From IMG/VR virus record IMGVR_UViG_3300029733_000185: a DNA stretch of 64,000 nt; one strand, written 5' to 3'. Below the pieces are notes generated by a model. It was not told the origin of the DNA. It saw only the letters and a program-made list of their open reading frames with translations, and did no database searches. Shown piece by piece: positions 29,738 to 37,205 of the stretch. Positions within the stretch are counted from its first letter, which is position 1; each line of letters begins with the position of its first letter. Made by a program: the position numbers and the translations under genes. Origin of the DNA: a virus (Duplodnaviria; Heunggongvirae; Uroviricota; Caudoviricetes).

Positions 29738-29813
29738 TGGTGGGAATAGTAGGTCTCGAACCTACGACCTCCTGCTTGTAAGGCAGGCGCTCTCCCAGCT
29801 GAGCTATATTCCC
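29738..29813 (-). tRNA. tRNA-Val(TAC)
   Basis: anticodon loop CCTTACAAG; T-loop TTCGAGA. Confidence 0.75.
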
Positions 29814-29816
29814 AAA

Positions 29817-29892
29817 TGGTGCCGGATCTCGGACTTGAACCGAACACCTCTGCGTTACGAAGGCAGCGCTCTACCAGATGAGCTAATCCAGC
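29817..29892 (-). tRNA. tRNA-Thr(CGT)
   Basis: anticodon loop TTCGTAA; C31-C39 mismatch. Confidence 0.6.
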
Positions 29893-29900
29893 GAAATGAG

Positions 29901-29976
29901 TGGTGCCACAGGCTGGAGTCGAACCAGCGACGCTCGGTTCTTCAGACCGACGCTCTACCTGCTGAGCTACCGTGGC
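29901..29976 (-). tRNA. tRNA-Phe(GAA)
   Basis: anticodon loop CTGAAGA. Confidence 0.8.
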
Positions 29977-29979
29977 ATA

Positions 29980-30055
29980 TGGTGCGAAATGCAGGACTTG
30001 AACCTACAACCTACGGCTTATCGAGCCGTTGCTCTGCCAATTGAGCTAATTTCGC
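29980..30055 (-). tRNA. tRNA-Ile(GAT)
   Basis: anticodon loop CTCGATAA. Confidence 0.75.
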
Positions 30056-30056
30056 A

Positions 30057-30132
30057 TGGTGATCGCAGTGGGATTCGAACCCACGATACAGGTTAGAAAG
30101 ACCTGCGGCTTAGACCGCTTGCCGATGCGACC
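30057..30132 (-). tRNA. tRNA-Glu(TTC)
   Basis: Glu-type D-loop AAGCGGTCTAAG; anticodon loop CTTTCTA with unusual U37. Confidence 0.55.
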
Positions 30133-30137
30133 GAAAA

Positions 30138-30214
30138 TGGTGAACGCACTGAGATTCGAACTCAGACTCTGCGGTTAGAGAGACCGCCATGTTAGCCTAT
30201 TACACTATGCGTCC
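30138..30214 (-). tRNA. tRNA-Glu(CTC)-like, isotype uncertain
   Basis: D-stem GTGT/ACAT; anticodon loop CTCTCTA (CTC with U37; alternative register would give TCT). Confidence 0.45.
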
Positions 30215-30217
30215 AAA

Positions 30218-30293
30218 TGGAGCAGGTGATCAGATTCGAACTGATGAATAATGGGTTTGCAGCCCACACCGTTAGCCTCTTCGGCACACCCGC
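30218..30293 (-). tRNA. tRNA-Cys(GCA)
   Basis: anticodon loop CTGCAAA; discriminator U73. Confidence 0.75.
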
Positions 30294-30300
30294 AAAAATA

Positions 30301-30376
30301 TGGCTCCCACGGCCAGACTTGAACTGACAACTTCCTGATTAACAGTCAGGCGCTCTACCGATTGAACTACGTGGGA
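30301..30376 (-). tRNA. tRNA-Asn(GTT)
   Basis: anticodon loop CTGTTAA; discriminator G73. Confidence 0.75.
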
Positions 30377-30380
30377 ATGT

Positions 30381-30457
30381 TGGCAGGGGCGGAGCGACTT
30401 GAACACTCGTGCCATGGTTTTGGAGACCAGGCGATTTCCTGTTATCTTTACGCCCCT
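30381..30457 (-). tRNA. tRNA-Trp(CCA), atypical D-arm
   Basis: acceptor AGGGGCG/CGCCCCT, anticodon loop CTCCAAA as in Bacillus tRNA-Trp; D-arm has an extra nucleotide. Confidence 0.55.
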
Positions 30458-30464
30458 GTATGTT

Positions 30465-30539
30465 TGGGTGGAATCCCGGGAGTCGAACCCAGATTACTTG
30501 TACCACAAACAAGCGTGCTACCGTTACACCAGAAACCAC
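30465..30539 (-). tRNA. tRNA-His(GTG)-like, possibly degenerate
   Basis: G-1:C73 feature and anticodon loop TTGTGGT, but two U-U mismatches in acceptor stem. Confidence 0.45.
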
Positions 30540-30617
30540 AAATGAGAAAGCGTATGTTTTGATTTTGCAACTATAATATAGAGCTGGGCTAAACATACAA
30601 AACAACTTCTACCCTTA

Positions 30618-30712
30618 TGGTGGTCGGAGATGAGGGAATCGAACCCACTCGAATGCCTAAGCACACCAGTTTTACAGACTGGGGTATCTACCTTAATACT
30701 TTAACCTCCGAT
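30618..30712 (-). tRNA. tRNA-Tyr(GTA)-like, long variable arm, irregular acceptor
   Basis: anticodon loop CTGTAAA, discriminator A73, long variable arm; A1-C72 mismatch. Confidence 0.45.
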
Positions 30713-30771
30713 TTATTAAATTGTCGCAGAATACCACGCCTGAACAACGGTTCAGACGTGGATAAATACAA

Positions 30772-32115
30772 CTATGCCGCGTTGTAAATTGTTTTTGCGT
30801 ATTTAAATGGTTGTAATTGCTTAACGCTTACAATTTTTTTGAATTCGTTATTTTTGATAGACACGTAAGTACCGCGGTTTTGTGTGCCAACCACTTCAAA
30901 TGTTCTGTTACGCCAAAGCACCGTATCATGTGGTTGGTACGGATATCGTTGTCTTCTGATAGATACTCTACCTTTGGAAATCTTTTGCTGTCTGTATGGA
31001 TGCAAGTTCTCACCATTCAGGTTTTTGTTACGAGTTGTTCTACCGCTAAATAATTCTTTACCGGTAGCCTTTTGACCCGTCCTTGCATCCACATATTTGG
31101 CATCGTGAAACTTTGCAAGACAACGATTATTTTTACGTTTCTCTTGCCAGAACACCGGTTCACACCGGTGCTTTGGCTGTTTGTCGCCGACACAATACGC
31201 ATCGTTGTAATGCGTTTTGTCTAACTGCAAATCTATCCGTTTGGATTTTGTCAAATAGCCAAAAGTCTCTACAACCGGAATCGTGTATTCATCACGCAGC
31301 TGTGTGATCAGCATTCGTCTGACCGTAGACATAAATGTCTCCGGTTTGAAAGACTTTTGCTTTGGTTGCAGACCATACAAAATCTGCCCCTTTTGATGAT
31401 TACGTGACGTATGACACTTGCTACACAGCGTTAATGTATTTGCAGGCGTATTTGAATGATCGTTTTTCCAATATCCGATATGATGCATGCGAAGCACTGC
31501 ACCATCTCGGAAAGCATTTTTACCACAGATCTGGCAAGTGTATCCGTCTCTGTAGAAAGTGTGCTCACGCAAATTTCGGAAGTCGTACATCTCGCCCTTT
31601 TGATATCCCTCACCGGAGATATCCGGGGTCTTTAATGCTTGAATATCGAAATTTGCGGTCTCTACATAGATCTTTGTAATCGGCAGAAGGCGCATCAACT
31701 TTCGAATGACCTTTTTGTGGCTGTCCAGCTTATGCTGAATGCTGGGTGCCAACCATTGGTCCGGTCTTCTGCGATTATCAAATCTTGGCTTGCGATGTCT
31801 CAAACGATTGCGACGCTTGCGACGATACGCTCGCCGGTCGTCTAATCGTTTGGACTGGTTTTCTAAAAGTTTTAATTCACCGGAAAACAACTCTTTGTTA
31901 TCAGTACAAGCAGAAATGCCAATATGCTGATAACCAGCATCGATTTTCAGATTAATGTCTTGTGTATTGTTTTCCGTCTCATAAAGCCATTGGATTGTAA
32001 ACGGATTGCCACTTACGACTTGAGCTTTATTGCTCTTCAACAGTTTGCGTACATAGCCACATCTTTCTGTTGGCATCAGTGGCTGGCCGTTTACATCTAA
32101 GACATACACCATCAT
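30772..32115 (-). CDS. iscB: IscB RNA-guided nuclease (PLMP, split RuvC, bridge helix, HNH, TI domains)
   Basis: 447 aa; N-terminus MVYVLDVNGQPLMPTERCGYVRKLLK (PLMP domain); RuvC-I LKIDAGYQHIGIS; Arg-rich bridge helix RRAYRRKRRNRLRHRK; HNH CQICG..HHI..N..CSKCH; RuvC-III HYNDAYCVG. Confidence 0.9.
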   Translation of the reverse strand: MMVYVLDVNGQPLMPTERCGYVRKLLKSNKAQVVSGNPFTIQWLYETENNTQDINLKIDAGYQHIGISACTDNKELFSGELKLLENQSKRLDDRRAYRRKRRNRLRHRKPRFDNRRRPDQWLAPSIQHKLDSHKKVIRKLMRLLPITKIYVETANFDIQALKTPDISGEGYQKGEMYDFRNLREHTFYRDGYTCQICGKNAFRDGAVLRMHHIGYWKNDHSNTPANTLTLCSKCHTSRNHQKGQILYGLQPKQKSFKPETFMSTVRRMLITQLRDEYTIPVVETFGYLTKSKRIDLQLDKTHYNDAYCVGDKQPKHRCEPVFWQEKRKNNRCLAKFHDAKYVDARTGQKATGKELFSGRTTRNKNLNGENLHPYRQQKISKGRVSIRRQRYPYQPHDTVLWRNRTFEVVGTQNRGTYVSIKNNEFKKIVSVKQLQPFKYAKTIYNAA

Positions 32116-32474
32116 AAGATATGGCTCCTTTCAATAAATTTGGTCTGGAATGACCAGCGCACAGACGGAGCCAAAGGCCCGGTCTGTGGTAAACCCACAT
32201 CGTCAATGTTATGAATTGTTTGTTGTGTACTGCACGTCTCCGACCCCATCAGAGATTTTTAACAACACACCGTAGTGCAAGGGGCTTGTGGAGCACCCCT
32301 TGGTACCTATTTGGCAGCCGAAGCTGCCATTAAAACATAACGTAGCACTCGAAGTGCTTAGACTAATCAACTATGGGCTTGTGATTTCTTACAAGCCCCA
32401 ACTGACTGTTTCACGGTTAGTCTGGGGTAATTGACAGTCAGGACCGCTACCGTTACGGAATATCGACGCATATA
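32116..32474 (-). ncRNA. omega-RNA of IscB (scaffold plus 5' guide region)
   Basis: about 360 nt non-coding region immediately upstream of iscB on the same strand; several stable stem-loops (GGGCTTGTGATTTCTTACAAGCCC, AAGGGGCTTGTGGAGCACCCCTT, CTGACTGT..ACAGTCAG). Confidence 0.65.
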
Positions 32475-32564
32475 CTGGTGCTGATAGTGGGAGTCGAACC
32501 CACACGGTGTTGCCACCATCGGGGCTTAAACCCGATGCGTGCTGCCAATTTCGCCATATCAGCA
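32475..32564 (-). tRNA. tRNA-Leu(TAA)
   Basis: 90 nt incl. CCA; anticodon loop TTTAAGC, long variable arm. Confidence 0.75.
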
Positions 32565-32629
32565 CATATAAATAGCCACACCTGATAGCCATACACACCA
32601 TTCAGTGTGGCTTTTTGCATTTATCGTTA

Positions 32630-33124
32630 TTATTTGGTAATCCGATCCGCAATTGTACTGGCCACAAAGGAATTTGGCTTGGTTTCAACATCGTAGCCGC
32701 AAGAGCGGATCCAACTTACCAACCCTGGGATAAGATCCTTTGTTTTCCCGTTAACCGAATTGCCCGCATCAATATGAATTGACAATGGATATTCTGCAAA
32801 CATCTCTCTATATATTGCATTACCCTCAAACATGTCTACCAGTTCCCCAGCCAAAGTTAACCTGGCAGCAGTTTCAGTTTGCAATTTGAGTTTTACATTT
32901 TGGATTAAGTCCTCACGAGAAACTTCGTAAAAGAAGATACCTCCATGTCCATGGGCAACAACCGCAATAACAGATACCATTTTTGTATTATTGAAATTTT
33001 GACTATCTGTGCCGACGATGATACTGATTTGATCTGTTTGTGCTTTATTACGCCGGTAATAAGCCAAGATAGCATCTGGAATTTCTGTAAGCTGTATTGA
33101 ATTCCCTGAACCGGTACAAAACAT
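32630..33124 (-). CDS. hypothetical protein embedded in tRNA array (possible RNase H-like fold)
   Basis: 164 aa, AAGGAGGG RBS; no secure motif; weak resemblance to YkuK/DUF458-like proteins. Confidence 0.45.
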   Translation of the reverse strand: MFCTGSGNSIQLTEIPDAILAYYRRNKAQTDQISIIVGTDSQNFNNTKMVSVIAVVAHGHGGIFFYEVSREDLIQNVKLKLQTETAARLTLAGELVDMFEGNAIYREMFAEYPLSIHIDAGNSVNGKTKDLIPGLVSWIRSCGYDVETKPNSFVASTIADRITK

Positions 33125-33148
33125 TGGACATACCCTCCTTGTAATTTT

Positions 33149-33236
33149 TGGCGGCGATGGAAGGATTCGAACCTTCGAGCCTTTTACAGCTAACGCGTTA
33201 GCAGTGCGCCGGTTTCAACCACTCACCCACATCGCC
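33149..33236 (-). tRNA. tRNA-Ser(GCT)
   Basis: 88 nt, long variable arm, anticodon loop CTGCTAA. Confidence 0.65.
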
Positions 33237-33240
33237 AAAA

Positions 33241-33316
33241 TGGTGCGCCGTTTGGGGTTCGAACCCAAGACCTCCAGATTAAGAGTCTGTTGCTCTACCG
33301 ACTGAGCTAACGGCGC
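33241..33316 (-). tRNA. tRNA-Lys(CTT)
   Basis: anticodon loop CTCTTAA. Confidence 0.7.
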
Positions 33317-33320
33317 ATAA

Positions 33321-33397
33321 TGGTCTGGACAACAGGATTCGAACCTGCGGTCTCCGGATCCCAAATCCGGCGCTTTACCAAACTAAGCTACGTCCAG
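33321..33397 (-). tRNA. tRNA-Pro(TGG)
   Basis: anticodon loop TTTGGGA. Confidence 0.75.
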
Positions 33398-33484
33398 ATA
33401 ACCAAATACATGCAGACAGATCAGATTTGCCGTGAAATATGTGCTCGACCACAGCAAGAATTCGATCTGATTTTGTCTGCATAT

Positions 33485-33559
33485 TGGCACCGCCTGCAGG
33501 ATTTGAACCCGCATTACAAGGTCCGTAGCCCTGTGTTCTGTCCTTTGAACTAAAGCGGT
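33485..33559 (-). tRNA. tRNA-Arg(ACG)
   Basis: anticodon loop CTACGGA. Confidence 0.75.
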
Positions 33560-33564
33560 GTATA

Positions 33565-33641
33565 TGGTGCCCCTACGAAGATTTGAACTCCGAATTGGGG
33601 ATTAGAAGTCCCCTGTTTTATCCAGATTAGACTATGGGGGC
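33565..33641 (-). tRNA. tRNA-Arg(TCT)
   Basis: anticodon loop CTTCTAA. Confidence 0.75.
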
Positions 33642-33644
33642 ATA

Positions 33645-33719
33645 TGGAAGCGATGCCGGGGATCGAACCCAGAATGCAAGAGTCAAAGTCTCGTGTTTTG
33701 CCGATTAGACTACATCGCC
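33645..33719 (-). tRNA. tRNA-Gln(TTG)
   Basis: anticodon loop CTTTGAC. Confidence 0.7.
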
Positions 33720-33838
33720 ATATAAGAGCAGGTTTTTCATTGACTGGGACACACACCAAAAATCTGGTGGAGGTGCGCAACGCTTCTCGTACTGCTATCT
33801 CGGCAATACCGAACGAGGCGAGTCCGGAACTCGCAAAT

Positions 33839-33924
33839 TGGTACTGGATAAGGGACTTGAACCCTTACGATCTAAATCAACGGATTTTGAATCCGTCGCG
33901 TCTGCCAAATTCCGCCAATCCAGT
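33839..33924 (-). tRNA. tRNA-Leu(CAA)
   Basis: 86 nt, long variable arm, anticodon loop TTCAAAA. Confidence 0.75.
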
Positions 33925-33939
33925 ATTTACATGAAAAAG

Positions 33940-34026
33940 TGGCGGGGCGTCAGGGACTCGAACCCTGAAGGCTGTTACACCCAACGGTTTTCAAGACCGC
34001 ACGACTACCAATTATCACAACGCCCC
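33940..34026 (-). tRNA. tRNA-Ser(TGA)
   Basis: 87 nt, long variable arm, anticodon loop CTTGAAA. Confidence 0.6.
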
Positions 34027-34120
34027 ACATATGCGGCAGACCGATATCGATCTGTTATAAGAACATTGGGAGAGGTGAATCACCCCTCTTATGCAGGAAC
34101 TCCTAAGTTACCTTGTTACA

Positions 34121-34197
34121 TGGCGACTCCGACCAGGCTCGAACTGGCAACCTCCAGCGTGACAGGCTGGCGCTCTACTCTTTTGAACTACGGAGCC
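34121..34197 (-). tRNA. tRNA-Asp(GTC)
   Basis: anticodon loop CTGTCAC. Confidence 0.8.
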
Positions 34198-34200
34198 ATA

Positions 34201-34286
34201 TGGTGCTCGATAAGAGATTCGAACTCTTACATCTTTCGATACCAGATCCTAAATCTGGCGCGTCTGCCAAATTCCGCCAATCGAGC
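34201..34286 (-). tRNA. tRNA-Leu(TAG)
   Basis: 86 nt, long variable arm, anticodon loop TTTAGGA. Confidence 0.75.
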
Positions 34287-34299
34287 AAATGAATAATAA

Positions 34300-34375
34300 T
34301 GGTGCGCCGTCAGAGAATTGAACTCTGGACCTTTAGATTATGAGTCTACTGCTCTAACCACTAAGCTAACGGCAC
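34300..34375 (-). tRNA. tRNA-Met or tRNA-Ile2 (CAT), elongator type
   Basis: anticodon loop CTCATAA; no initiator features. Confidence 0.65.
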
Positions 34376-34388
34376 AAACAACACAAAA

Positions 34389-34464
34389 TGGTGCGCGCAC
34401 GGGGACTCGAACCCCGGACCAATGGATTAAAAGCCCACTGCTCTACCAACTGAGCTATGCGCAC
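34389..34464 (-). tRNA. tRNA-Lys(TTT)
   Basis: anticodon loop CTTTTAA. Confidence 0.75.
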
Positions 34465-34477
34465 ATATTGGTTACAT

Positions 34478-34494
34478 CTATTAATACCACAAAT
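34478..34494 (-). promoter_or_regulatory. extended -10 promoter (TGTGGTATTAATA) driving tRNA sub-operon
   Basis: same TRTGnTATTAAT motif recurs at 22011-22026, 35941-35956, 38032-38046, 61755-61772. Confidence 0.45.
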
Positions 34495-34581
34495 TACAAA
34501 AAAACAAAAAAATGACCGGCTCAACAACGAAAGTTTTGATCGCGTTGAAACCGGCCAAGGTGCAATGAAAAAAATCCAAAG

Positions 34582-34658
34582 TGGAGCAGATAAGGGGATT
34601 TGAACCCCCACCACCGGTTTGGAAGACCGGGATGCTGACCATTGAACACCATATCTGC
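34582..34658 (-). tRNA. tRNA-Gly(TCC)
   Basis: anticodon loop CTTCCAA. Confidence 0.8.
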
Positions 34659-34663
34659 ATAAG

Positions 34664-34739
34664 TGGTGCTGGATATCTGACTCGAACAGATTACCTTCGG
34701 GTTACAAAGCCGACGTTCTACCAGGTGAACTAATCCAGC
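34664..34739 (-). tRNA. tRNA-Thr(TGT)
   Basis: anticodon loop TTTGTAA; C31-C39 mismatch as in the other Thr gene. Confidence 0.65.
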
Positions 34740-34768
34740 ATTTATGCGCCTTTGAAGGCGCTTGGATT

Positions 34769-35086
34769 TCAGGGCAAAATACACTCCAAAAAATGATGCA
34801 AATCAGGCATCGGAATGTATTCCCGCCGCACCTCAGCAATGTCCTTGCCGTCGCGATCATGCGGCAAGGCGTTATATTCTTTGACATAATTTTGCACAAG
34901 AGTATTGAGCAATTCTTGCTTCTTTTCTACCAGCTGCTTGCACTGGCGCAGAGACTCAACCGCAGAGACAATCTCATTTTCCTTTTCTCTGCGAACGTTT
35001 TCTCTGTCCTGTAAAGCGTTCTCAGCTGTTTTTAGCTGCTCTTCAGTGTCATATAGTTCTTTAGTCAATTCTGAAAAATATTTCAT
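34769..35086 (-). CDS. coiled-coil hypothetical protein
   Basis: 105 aa, heptad-rich, charged. Confidence 0.45.
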   Translation of the reverse strand: MKYFSELTKELYDTEEQLKTAENALQDRENVRREKENEIVSAVESLRQCKQLVEKKQELLNTLVQNYVKEYNALPHDRDGKDIAEVRREYIPMPDLHHFLECILP

Positions 35087-35253
35087 ATTTGTACCTCTCT
35101 TAAAAATAATTCAAACCTTTGAGTATTACGATAGCAGTTATCAGTAAAATGATAATCCTACTTAGCCATAAAACCCACTGTCTACTCGAAACACGCAGTG
35201 CATAAACGCACACAGATGTTGTTAGCGTAATGGCTATAAGCCAAATGAGACGA

Positions 35254-35409
35254 TTAGTCTCCAAACCACATCGTGCACCACTTCAAGATGCCCTCAACGT
35301 CTGGATCTACATGCTCTTTATTCTTGCAGGCGTTAACGATTAAATCAAACGCCTTTGCCTTATCGGCTGGCTTCATTTCAGTCAATGTTTCAAAATCTTT
35401 TTCAATCAA
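35254..35409 (-). CDS. small protein candidate (51 aa, TTG start) not in ORF track
   Basis: GAGGT RBS 8 nt upstream of TTG; balanced composition; coordinates +/-1. Confidence 0.25.
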   Translation of the reverse strand: MIEKDFETLTEMKPADKAKAFDLIVNACKNKEHVDPDVEGILKWCTMWFGD

Positions 35410-35462
35410 TGTTTATTACCTCTTTTGACAAATATTGTTGCACATTTGCCCGTGCCAGGCTT

Positions 35463-35538
35463 TGGGCCCGGGAGTGGGATTCGAACCCACGACTGTTGGC
35501 GTATGAGGCCAACCTGCTAACCGCTGCATTATCCCGGT
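35463..35538 (-). tRNA. tRNA-Met(CAT)-like, A1-G72 mismatch
   Basis: anticodon loop CTCATAC, T-loop TTCGAAT; mismatched first acceptor pair; not initiator-like (no GGG/CCC anticodon stem). Confidence 0.5.
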
Positions 35539-35562
35539 ATATAAGCCGCAGAAGCGGCTGTA

Positions 35563-35925
35563 TTAAAGTTTTCTATCCATATTGAGTTCTCTATCGATCT
35601 CTTGCTTAATCGTTACCATACGAGACAGAGTGTCGTATCGTAATTTAACGGCACTGACAATCTTGTCGATAACATAAATTTTATCAATGGCGTCTTCCTT
35701 TCTTTGTTTGTCACCGTCTCTTGCACAAAGACGCTTTTGAACAGTCGCAAGCGCAGACAGTTGCATCAAAAAGGAATACTGGTTTGTAGTCGTTGAGAGA
35801 TAAGTCGCAACCAACGACAAATCGTCCGGACTTTCTACCCCGAAGGGAACGTCATACACAAAGTCTTTTTCAAGTTCTTCCAAAAGACGTTCAGGGGCCA
35901 ATTCAAGATATTCTCTGCAGTTCAA
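35563..35925 (-). CDS. hypothetical protein
   Basis: 120 aa; TTG start 7 nt after GAGGTGG RBS. Confidence 0.5.
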   Translation of the reverse strand: MNCREYLELAPERLLEELEKDFVYDVPFGVESPDDLSLVATYLSTTTNQYSFLMQLSALATVQKRLCARDGDKQRKEDAIDKIYVIDKIVSAVKLRYDTLSRMVTIKQEIDRELNMDRKL

Positions 35926-35967
35926 TTAACCACCTCACATCTATTAATACCACACATTTCAAAAATA

Positions 35968-36537
35968 CTAAAAAATTAAGGAAAAAAGACAAAAAAGAAT
36001 AAGACTTAATGTACCAAAACGCAAGAAATGCCGGACTATCCAAAGCCACTGCACTTTTCCAATCCACCCAGCAATTGAATACGCACCACTACTCGTTCCC
36101 TTACGCGAATTACAAGTTCGACAAGCTGCAGCTAAATTCTTTTCGCAGTTGATGTTTTCAATCCCGGCCCTTTTAAGCAACCATTGTTTAAATTTGCTGC
36201 TTTTTACAGGCGCAATGGGAACAATATGATCTACTGTTACTTGGGCTTTTGGCAAAAGACGTCCACAGTACGCACAGAAGTAATGTCCGTCTATGCCTTT
36301 ATTGCATGAAAAAAAGGTTCGTCTATAAGATGAACCTCTTGTGAATGCTTGATTAACTAAACTATATCGCAAATGATGGCGCTTACAGTATTTTTCAACC
36401 TGTCGCTCCATCGACTCATCAAGCCCGTCAATAGATGTACATCTTTTTTGTTCATTTAAGAAGGGCTTAAACTCGTGTAAATCATTTCTGACGTATCTTT
36501 TCGTTGACCAGATGTCAACCACATAACTGTCTCCCAT
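35968..36537 (-). CDS. HNH endonuclease
   Basis: 189 aa; CAYCG...DHIVP...N..C..CNSRKG motif. Confidence 0.65.
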   Translation of the reverse strand: MGDSYVVDIWSTKRYVRNDLHEFKPFLNEQKRCTSIDGLDESMERQVEKYCKRHHLRYSLVNQAFTRGSSYRRTFFSCNKGIDGHYFCAYCGRLLPKAQVTVDHIVPIAPVKSSKFKQWLLKRAGIENINCEKNLAAACRTCNSRKGTSSGAYSIAGWIGKVQWLWIVRHFLRFGTLSLILFCLFSLIF

Positions 36538-36540
36538 AGA

Positions 36541-36771
36541 TTAACTCAAGAAAAACAAGCCCTGCATATATGCTGTCGCTTTCGTACCGGTAACGGATGT
36601 AATAGAATCACGCAATGCACGAATGATCTCGTTAAGCCACTGCACGAACAGATCAATACCAACTTTACAGAAGTCGATAATATACTGCCACATATCAGTT
36701 GCAGAAACGCCAATAATGAGACCTGCAAGCACCAAAACAATAATTGCAAAGAGCCACGGATGTTTTCCCAC
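36541..36771 (-). CDS. small membrane protein
   Basis: 76 aa; GTG start after AAGGGGG RBS; one TM. Confidence 0.45.
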   Translation of the reverse strand: MGKHPWLFAIIVLVLAGLIIGVSATDMWQYIIDFCKVGIDLFVQWLNEIIRALRDSITSVTGTKATAYMQGLFFLS

Positions 36772-36841
36772 GAGACTGCCCCCTTTCGTTAAATTTGTTA
36801 CAAAATAATTATAACATACTCAACGAAATGAACAAAATTGA

Positions 36842-37120
36842 TTATGCTTCAGGCTCGTCTTTAAGCAACTCTTCCGCTACCTCTTCAGGCTTAAACTTGT
36901 CTTCATCATCAGCTAAAAGTGAATTAAGCAAATTACAGAATTCGCCCACACTCACAGAAGAATCTTTATTCATTTGATACCTCTCCACATCGTCCTCTGT
37001 GATGACGTTTTTATTTAAAATTTCACTAACCTCAGCGTGCAAATTCTCACTGTTTGTCATGTCAAAGACTGCATCATCGAGTACCGGCACACCGGAATTG
37101 TTTTCTGCCATTACAACCAA
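36842..37120 (-). CDS. small acidic hypothetical protein
   Basis: 92 aa. Confidence 0.4.
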   Translation of the reverse strand: MVVMAENNSGVPVLDDAVFDMTNSENLHAEVSEILNKNVITEDDVERYQMNKDSSVSVGEFCNLLNSLLADDEDKFKPEEVAEELLKDEPEA

Positions 37121-37205
37121 CCTTTACTATAGAATTCGGTCAAAAACCGTTATTAAAATTATACCATTTTTGCATTTGTGAGTGAAGTTTTGTTCAATGT
37201 GAAAC

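Larger units (their letters stand above)
30716..32474 (-). mobile_element. non-autonomous IS200/IS605-type OMEGA element (iscB plus omega-RNA, no tnpA) inserted in tRNA array
   Basis: bounded by tRNA-Tyr-like (ends 30712) and tRNA-Leu (starts 32475); subterminal hairpins at both ends (CTGAAC..GTTCAG at 30738-30757). Confidence 0.7.

Noticed and set aside
29479-30605. ORFs 29479..29847(-), 29835..30044(+), 29896..30096(+), 30339..30605(-), 30362..30562(+) overlapping the first tRNA cluster
   Set aside because: They are translations of tandem tRNA genes. Clean cloverleafs with CCA ends explain the sequence, and the predicted proteins are low-complexity.
33764-33838. Possible tRNA beginning TGG at 33764 and ending ..CACCTCCACCA
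   Set aside because: No complementary 5' acceptor strand, no T-loop and no anticodon arm could be formed. It is kept as an unexplained structured spacer.
33320-34784. ORFs 33320..33553(+), 33550..33780(-), 33644..33934(+), 33838..34296(+), 34318..34515(+), 34366..34614(-), 34521..34784(-) in the second tRNA cluster
   Set aside because: Same reason. They lie across or antisense to tRNA genes and are artefacts of the six-frame scan.
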